A stretch of DNA of 64,000 nucleotides from positions 65,189 through 129,188 of the forward strand of contig CAZYWG010000001.1 of assembly GCA_964651815.1 (NCBI GenBank). Reading direction: 5' to 3'. Shown here one piece after another: positions 58,609 through 64,000 of this stretch. Made by a program: the position numbers and the translations under genes. Numbering within the stretch: the stretch's first letter is position 1; every line of letters begins with the position of its first letter. This DNA comes from an uncultured Gammaproteobacteria bacterium (GTDB lineage Bacteria > Patescibacteriota > Microgenomatia > Levybacterales > GWA1-39-11). The notes under the pieces are model-generated. The model was not told where the DNA came from and did no database searches. It was given only the letters and a program-made list of their open reading frames with translations.

Positions 58609-59127
58609 CTAGTTACTAGAAACTTTCTTTCCAACTTTTACTTGTGCAGGGCGCACTAGCTTTCCGTTTAAAGTAAAACCCGGTCTTAATTCTTCCAAAA
58701 CTTTATTTTCTTCTCCTTCTTCAGTTGTTACTGCTTCCATTGTTGTTGCGTCAAACATTTCGTCAACCGTTTTTACGCGACTAACACCAACTTCCAATAG
58801 AGCGTCTTGTAAATGTTTTATTGTAAGCTTTATTCCTTCATCGGAAACATATTTTTCTGCCAAAAAAAGTGTGTCAAATGCAGGAATAAGTCTTAATAAC
58901 AAATCGCGATTTGCGAATTTTACAAACTCGCGCTTTTCTTCATCCATTCTTTTCTCAAGATTTCTGTAGTCCGCAACTGCTCTTTTTAACTGATTTTCAA
59001 GGTCCTCTATTTTCTTTTTTAATTCCTCGTTTTCGTCGTTCTTCTTCTTTGACGAACTTTTCTTCTGTCCGGTCTCTTTTATTTCCTCTCTTTTTTCTTC
59101 TCCCTGAATTTTATTATCGTCATTCAT
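58609..59127 (-). CDS. grpE: Nucleotide exchange factor GrpE
   Basis: Coiled-coil plus 'RDLLLRLIPAFDTLFLA' and C-terminal 'GFTLNGKLVRPAQVKV' beta domain. Confidence 0.8.
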   Translation of the reverse strand: MNDDNKIQGEEKREEIKETGQKKSSSKKKNDENEELKKKIEDLENQLKRAVADYRNLEKRMDEEKREFVKFANRDLLLRLIPAFDTLFLAEKYVSDEGIKLTIKHLQDALLEVGVSRVKTVDEMFDATTMEAVTTEEGEENKVLEELRPGFTLNGKLVRPAQVKVGKKVSSN

Positions 59128-59180
59128 CTTTATATTCTACAATATTTTTGCTTTTTGATATTTGGTTTTTGCTTTTAAAA

Positions 59181-59906
59181 TTACCAGTCGGCAATTTCAC
59201 CAAGCATGCTACCAAAATATCTTACTACAGGAATCACCAATTCGTATTGCATTCTTGTAGGCCCTATTATACCTATTGACCCGTTGTGATTTGCACGTGT
59301 CTGAAATCTTGAAAATACAAATCCGTAAGGACGAAATGCTTCCTCGTCATTAAAATCATCATCAAGAAAAACAGAACATTCTTGTTCAAGTCTCGCCATT
59401 ATTCTGTCTAAATATGAAGTGCTATCAAGGATGGCTAACAAATTTTTTGTAATATCTATATCGTAAAACTCTGGCATTTCCAAAATGTTTGAATATCCTG
59501 AGTAATAAACATCACCCTCATCGGTAAACGTAACTGCCAAACTTTTTGTTTTTGATGCAAGATTTTTAGTTGCTTCCCTAAGAAATTTATCGCGGAGTGC
59601 CCTGTGATCCCAGATTTTCTCCTTTGCTTCAACTTCTTCTGCAACGGACATGTCTTTTTCTTTCATTAATTCATTAATGTAAAATTTTATGGCTTTGCTT
59701 GTTGGGACTCGTCCTGCGGAAGAATGAGGTTTTGATAAATATCCAAGGCGCACCATGTCAGCCATCTCATTGCGAATAGTTGCGGGGGAAACTCCAAGAT
59801 CATATTTCTTTTCAAGAGTCTCAGAGCCAACGGGTTCAGCACTATCAATATACTCTTTTACAATATTTTTTAGAATGTCTATTTGGCGTGTTGATAAATC
59901 GTACAT
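59181..59906 (-). CDS. hrcA: Heat-inducible transcription repressor HrcA (short form)
   Basis: 'LSTRQIDILKNIVKEYIDSAEPVGSETLEKKYDLGVSPATIRNEMADMVRLGYL' winged-HTH of HrcA. CIRCE lies upstream. Confidence 0.8.
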   Translation of the reverse strand: MYDLSTRQIDILKNIVKEYIDSAEPVGSETLEKKYDLGVSPATIRNEMADMVRLGYLSKPHSSAGRVPTSKAIKFYINELMKEKDMSVAEEVEAKEKIWDHRALRDKFLREATKNLASKTKSLAVTFTDEGDVYYSGYSNILEMPEFYDIDITKNLLAILDSTSYLDRIMARLEQECSVFLDDDFNDEEAFRPYGFVFSRFQTRANHNGSIGIIGPTRMQYELVIPVVRYFGSMLGEIADW

Positions 59907-59949
59907 AAATTGCCTTGTTCGAATGCCCAGGAGGCTTTTCTCGAACGGG

Positions 59950-59976
59950 TTAGCAATAATATACCATGAGTGCTAA
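59950..59976. promoter_or_regulatory. CIRCE-like inverted repeat TTAGCAata-N9-GAGTGCTAA, embedded between a minus-strand -35 TTGACA (59982-59987) and -10 TATATT
   Basis: The right arm is a perfect CIRCE consensus and the left arm matches 6 of 9. It lies between the -35 and -10 of the hrcA-grpE-dnaK promoter. Confidence 0.6.
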
Positions 59977-60001
59977 GATATGTCAACTAGTGAAGACTGG
60001 A

Positions 60002-61414
60002 TTATCCATTTAAAAACTCGTCGAATTTTTTTTTCAAAAACATGAAATCTGACTCTTTAACGGAACCGAAATAAAACTTTGTTATTTTTTCATATCCTGA
60101 CTTACGTATTGTATACCATGATGACATTAGGCCATTTTCAAAAAATTCACGTCTTTCTCCATCAACATTAACTTCTTTTGATTCACCGTTCTTGAAATTA
60201 GCATCTATTTCAGATCTTAACGAGTCGAGTCCATTTTCCGGCGATTTTGGGGAAAATATTTGGCCACGAAATCCATCAGGATATTTAGATTTTAGGTTTG
60301 ATAGCTTTCCGTTTTTACTCATCCAATAAAGTATGACTGCTATTGAAAATACTCCCGAGTCTGTCATAAAAAAATCTTTTGAATAAAAATGCCCTACATT
60401 TTCAACTCCTAAGTCTAATTTATTTTCTCTAATCATCCCCCGCATAATTGATCTCCCTACGGGAATTGGAATGATACTAATCTCCTTCTCACTCCCTAAG
60501 CCAATTTCTTTGACAGTGTTGTACATAGAAGGTCCACAATCAACGGCATAACCAAATATTTTGTCGGGAAGATTAAGACCCAAGAAAACGTTTATGAATG
60601 CGCTGCCAAGAATAGATCCATTTATATAATCACCATTTTCATCAACTGCCAAGACACGATCTGCATCACTATCAAAAGCAAAGCCACAAGAATAATTTCC
60701 AGCCTTTACTTCTTTTATCAAATCCTGCATATTATCTATCTCTGAAGGGTCAGCCGTGTGGGACGAATTCTCATCATAAATTTCTCTGTCATTGATTCTT
60801 GTGAATTTTACCTGCGGGAGAAGTTTTTCAAGAAGGCTAATAGATTTTGACCCGGATCCGTCCCCTATATCTACTAAAACATTCATATCCCTTATTTGAG
60901 CAACCGGAATAAGCTGAGTTATTTTATCTTCGTAAATTTTCTCAACATCTGCATAAAAATTTTTGAGCTTTTGTAAATCTGGATCACCATCTTGATATTC
61001 CTCTTCTTGTGAACTGTAATAATTTTCAACTATTTTGTTGACAAGATTGCCCTGCACGGAAGCTCCCCCTTTTGTGTGCATTAAAAGTCCGCTCCAATCC
61101 CAATGATTATGAGAACCGGTAAACATTACTGACAAATCAAAATCAAATTCGTAAGCCGCGGAAGCTATAAAATCAATTGGGCACTTATCCATATAACAAA
61201 TTTCTATTCCGCAAGATTGTAGTGCTTTGATAAAATTAAGCGCTAAGGCTCTACTTGATCTTCTTGTATCCCAACCTACTAAAACCTTTTTGAGGTCTAA
61301 TGTTTTTGTTAACGCAAACGCTAAATAATATGCATCCTTATCTTTAATTTCCCTATTATATAAACCGCGAAAATCAAATTTTTTTACAAATGGAGGAAGA
61401 GTTTTTTTATTCAC
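60002..61414 (-). CDS. alpha-D-phosphohexomutase superfamily enzyme (PMM/PGM-like), divergent
   Basis: 'MFTGSHNHWDWSGL' (TASHNP-like phosphoserine loop). 'GFAFDSDADRVLAVDENGDYINGS' (DGDGDR-like Mg loop). Confidence 0.55.
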   Translation of the reverse strand: MNKKTLPPFVKKFDFRGLYNREIKDKDAYYLAFALTKTLDLKKVLVGWDTRRSSRALALNFIKALQSCGIEICYMDKCPIDFIASAAYEFDFDLSVMFTGSHNHWDWSGLLMHTKGGASVQGNLVNKIVENYYSSQEEEYQDGDPDLQKLKNFYADVEKIYEDKITQLIPVAQIRDMNVLVDIGDGSGSKSISLLEKLLPQVKFTRINDREIYDENSSHTADPSEIDNMQDLIKEVKAGNYSCGFAFDSDADRVLAVDENGDYINGSILGSAFINVFLGLNLPDKIFGYAVDCGPSMYNTVKEIGLGSEKEISIIPIPVGRSIMRGMIRENKLDLGVENVGHFYSKDFFMTDSGVFSIAVILYWMSKNGKLSNLKSKYPDGFRGQIFSPKSPENGLDSLRSEIDANFKNGESKEVNVDGERREFFENGLMSSWYTIRKSGYEKITKFYFGSVKESDFMFLKKKFDEFLNG

Positions 61415-61519
61415 TTTTCATGTTGATTATATCACCATAAAATTTTTAATTGAATTTGAAACAATAGATAAGTTCTGGTAAGCTAGACTGATTTTGTCTT
61501 TTGAGTTTTTTTAAATACT

Positions 61520-61879
61520 ATGCGAGCGCAAAAAAAATTTTTACCCTTTTTATATCTATTTTTGATAAGTCTTGTGCCTCTTTTATTATTTGTTTTGTTA
61601 ATTGATCCTACGGGAAAAGTTACATTATTAGAGACAGATATTGGCTTTCCATTTTTTATACTTGTTTTGCTTTTTACAAATTTTTTCTTTTTAGCTACTT
61701 TTATTTTTGCGAGCAGAAGGAGGGGTCTGTTATCTGCTATATTTCTGGACGGAATTTTAGTCCTCCGATCTTTTGGATTCAGAAGTCTTTTCCAAGTCAT
61801 TATTTTTTTGATTATAATTTTACTTGTTGAATTTTTATACTCCAGAAGAACTATGCCCCCGCCGCAAAAAACTACTTAG
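61520..61879 (+). CDS. Small hydrophobic membrane protein, hypothetical
   Basis: Three hydrophobic helices. Co-directional with the downstream metG. The overlapping minus ORF is Lys-rich and low-complexity. Confidence 0.3.
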   Translation: MRAQKKFLPFLYLFLISLVPLLLFVLLIDPTGKVTLLETDIGFPFFILVLLFTNFFFLATFIFASRRRGLLSAIFLDGILVLRSFGFRSLFQVIIFLIIILLVEFLYSRRTMPPPQKTT

Positions 61880-61919
61880 CCTTGTTTGAAAAACTAAGCT
61901 CTGTTAAAATTGACTATCT

Positions 61920-63353
61920 ATGAACAAATTTTATTTAACAAATGCTATTCCTTACGTTAATGCCGCACCACACGTTGGCCACGCACTTGAATTTGTGCAG
62001 TCTGATGTAATTGCACGGTATCATAAACTTCTTGGCGAAGACGTTTTACTTCTATGCGGAGGTGATGAAAACGCGCTAAAAAATGTTCAAGCAGCGGAAG
62101 CTGCAAAGATTCCAATTCAGGAATTTATTGATACAAACACTCAAGCGTTCTACGATCTTTCAAAAAAATTGAACGTTCAGTTTGATGTTTGGCAAAAAGG
62201 TAGCGATAAAGATCATTACTTGTCGAGTCAAAAATTATGGGAAGCGTGCGAAAAAAACGGCGATATTTATAAAAAATCTTACAAAGGACTTTACTGTGTA
62301 GGTTGTGAAGCCTTTTACACAAAGGACGAACTTGACGCAAACGGCGAATGTTTTGAACATCCCGGAAAAAAACTTGAAGAAGTAGAAGAGGAAAATTATT
62401 TTTTTAAACTTTCGGCATATCAAGACAAAATTTTAAAGTTAATTGAATCAGATAATTATAAAATTGTCCCTGAATTTAGAAAAAATGAAATGCTTTCATT
62501 AATAAAATCAGGGCTAAAAGATTTTAGTATTTCGCGTTCTAACATCCGTGCAAAAAATTGGGGGGTTCCTGTGCCTAATGATCCTAATCAAGTGATGTAC
62601 GTCTGGTTTGATGCATTAAACATTTATCAAAGTGGAGTAGGATTTGGATTGGATGATAAAAACTACAAAAAATGGTGGCCGGCAGATTTACACGTCATAG
62701 GAAAAGGAATAATTCGTTTCCATGCCATTTATTGGCCTGCAATTCTTTTGTCTGCAGGCTTAGAACTTCCAAAGGCAATTTTTGTCCATGAATATTTTAC
62801 TGTTAATGGGCAAAAGATGTCCAAAACTCTTGGCAATGTTATAGATCCGTTTAAACTAATAGATAAATATGGCGCAGATGCGCTGCGTTATTATTTTTTG
62901 GCAAAATTTTCGCCTTTTTCAGACGGTGATTTTTCAGAAGATAAATTCCGCGAAGTTTACAACGCAGATTTAGCAAATGGAATCGGAAATACTGTTGCAA
63001 GACTTGCGAAGCTTGCTGAAAAATGCGGCCTAGAAATTAAAGAAAACAAAATATCAAAATCTATATATAGAGAGGCACAAAAAGAAGCAATACAAGAATT
63101 CAGATTTAATGATGCATTAAGCAATATTTGGGTTACCGAGCTAGAAGTTTTAAACAAACATATTAATCATGAATCACCTTGGTTGATAACCGATAAAAAC
63201 AAACTCGAAAGTATTCTAACCGAAGAAATTAACATGCTTCGAGAATTTACATATAAAATTGCACCATTCCTTCCGGAAACCTCTGAAAAGATTCTCAAAC
63301 AATTTACAGGAAAAATTAAATCCGCTGAGCCGCTTTTCCCCCGCCTTGTTTGA
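61920..63353 (+). CDS. metG: Methionyl-tRNA synthetase (minimal form lacking the C-terminal domain)
   Basis: 'PYVNAAPHVGHA' (HIGH-type), 'KMSKTLGN' (KMSKS), and 'YCVGCEAFY...NGEC' in the connective peptide. Confidence 0.85.
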   Translation: MNKFYLTNAIPYVNAAPHVGHALEFVQSDVIARYHKLLGEDVLLLCGGDENALKNVQAAEAAKIPIQEFIDTNTQAFYDLSKKLNVQFDVWQKGSDKDHYLSSQKLWEACEKNGDIYKKSYKGLYCVGCEAFYTKDELDANGECFEHPGKKLEEVEEENYFFKLSAYQDKILKLIESDNYKIVPEFRKNEMLSLIKSGLKDFSISRSNIRAKNWGVPVPNDPNQVMYVWFDALNIYQSGVGFGLDDKNYKKWWPADLHVIGKGIIRFHAIYWPAILLSAGLELPKAIFVHEYFTVNGQKMSKTLGNVIDPFKLIDKYGADALRYYFLAKFSPFSDGDFSEDKFREVYNADLANGIGNTVARLAKLAEKCGLEIKENKISKSIYREAQKEAIQEFRFNDALSNIWVTELEVLNKHINHESPWLITDKNKLESILTEEINMLREFTYKIAPFLPETSEKILKQFTGKIKSAEPLFPRLV

Positions 63354-63415
63354 AAGGGCTTACCTAACAGAACGCTTAACATAAACTGCTAATTCTGGTA
63401 TCATGAATGCACTCT

Positions 63416-64000
63416 ATGAAGCGAAGGATTTTGATGGTTTGTGCTGTCGTATTAATTCTTGTTGGGATATTCATTTTAGTCAGAATTTCCGCAACAACAT
63501 TTGCTCCCAAAGGCCGAGGAGCTCTTCAAATAACTACAAATGTCAAATCCCAAGTTACGCTCAACGGAAAAGATATAGGAACAACTCCCGTTTGTCTTTG
63601 TGAAGATAAAACTATAATTGCAGACACGTATGATTTAAAAATTACACCAAGCGATACATCTCTGCAACCGTTTTCCGCAAAAGTTGATGTAAACGGTGGG
63701 GTTTTAACCGCAATAGAAAGAACATTTCTCCCGGGAGCTTTGGCATCTTCCTACATATTAACGCTTGAAAAAACAAATATATCAACGCCTCAAATATTTA
63801 TTGCAACTGTACCTGACAACGCGCTTATTTCTATTGACGGAGACTCAAAAGGTGCAACGCCTTTTTCTCAAAATTTATCTGCTTCGGAGCACGAAGTTGA
63901 AATTGAAAAAAATGGATTTGCTAAAAAAACTGTAAGAGTGAGAGCTGTGGCAAATTACAAACTTATTCTCAACGTAATACTTGGAACGGATACTGGTTTG
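63416..64000 (+). CDS. PEGA-domain membrane-anchored protein, 3'-partial (runs off the window end)
   Basis: N-terminal TM 'ILMVCAVVLILVGIFILV'. PEGA-like 'LNGKDIGTTP' and 'ISIDGDSKGATPFS...HEVEIEKNGF'. No stop codon in frame to nt 64000. Confidence 0.5.
   Translation, partial: MKRRILMVCAVVLILVGIFILVRISATTFAPKGRGALQITTNVKSQVTLNGKDIGTTPVCLCEDKTIIADTYDLKITPSDTSLQPFSAKVDVNGGVLTAIERTFLPGALASSYILTLEKTNISTPQIFIATVPDNALISIDGDSKGATPFSQNLSASEHEVEIEKNGFAKKTVRVRAVANYKLILNVILGTDTGL

Noticed and set aside
61483-61800. 105-aa Lys-rich minus-strand ORF between the phosphohexomutase gene and metG
   Set aside because: It is a low-complexity poly-K translation. The overlapping plus-strand hydrophobic ORF is co-directional with metG and marginally more plausible, though neither is strong.
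63403-63603. 66-aa ORF after metG
   Set aside because: It is out of frame with a much longer open frame (63416 to the window end) that encodes a TM plus PEGA-domain protein.
1-64000. CRISPR arrays, tRNA/rRNA genes, IS elements, integrases
   Set aside because: I scanned the intergenic regions for regular direct repeats, for tRNA T-loop/acceptor patterns and for transposase or integrase-like ORFs, and found none. The only DNA repeats are codon-level TP linkers, the 27-nt tandem at ~30590 and short operator-like repeats.

Overview
This is a low-GC (~35%), gene-dense bacterial window with short intergenic spacers, and an alpha-D-phosphohexomutase-like gene with divergent motifs (TGSHN / DSDADR). 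It carries a sortase, T4SS-like pilin/VirB6-like genes, a lamin-tail-domain protein, a minimal MetRS and many glycosyltransferases; these suggest a Gram-positive-like, possibly CPR/Patescibacteria-type organism. That assignment is inference only. I found no rRNA, tRNA, CRISPR array or transposase.

Main blocks:
- **1-16.5 kb, all on the minus strand:** a ~16-kb cell-surface glycan / glycosylation super-operon.
  - An HTH regulator sits at its head.
  - The enzymes are a dual-domain GT2 (DPM1-like plus processive QxxRW synthase), a Wzx-like flippase fused to a GT4, a polysaccharide deacetylase, five tandem paralogous GT2 genes interrupted by a protein-kinase-like phosphotransferase, two PMT/ArnT-type GT-C membrane glycosyltransferases and a GH5-like hydrolase.
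- **16.8-20.2 kb:** a consensus sigma70 promoter, a Thr/Pro-repeat secreted protein translationally overlapped with a sortase, and a second processive GT2 synthase.
- **20.4-27.5 kb:** a small Cys-motif secreted protein placed divergently from a HlyD/ABC/FtsX (MacAB-like) exporter, a SIMPL-domain protein, a candidate compact SAM-riboswitch ahead of metK, and a DUF2130 coiled-coil nuclease-like protein.
- **28-47 kb:**
  - Transport and regulation: an NRAMP transporter, a degenerate-ATPase/winged-helix regulator convergent with an ABC exporter, and a receiver / GAF-histidine-kinase pair whose 3' ends overlap convergently.
  - Nuclease, dehydrogenase and chaperone: an orphan Cas4-like PD-(D/E)xK nuclease, a D-2-hydroxyacid dehydrogenase and a membrane-anchored ClpA/B-like double-AAA+ ATPase.
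  - A slightly GC-richer trio: a LeuA-like DRE-TIM enzyme, a reversed LeuD-LeuC fused dehydratase and an unknown protein.
- **47.7-64 kb, mostly minus strand:** a DnaJ-like protein, a subtilase, ClpC with Q/N/P-rich tails, a VirB6/TrbL-like protein and a VirB2/TrbC-like pilin lying between clpC and dnaK, then grpE and hrcA with a CIRCE operator inside their promoter, a phosphohexomutase-like gene, metG and a partial PEGA-domain protein.

The most interesting hypothesis is a polyprenyl-phosphate-sugar-dependent protein O-glycosylation system (DPM1-like GT2, flippase, two PMT-like GT-C enzymes). Its candidate targets are the TPTPTP linkers that recur in at least five predicted extracytoplasmic proteins in the window.
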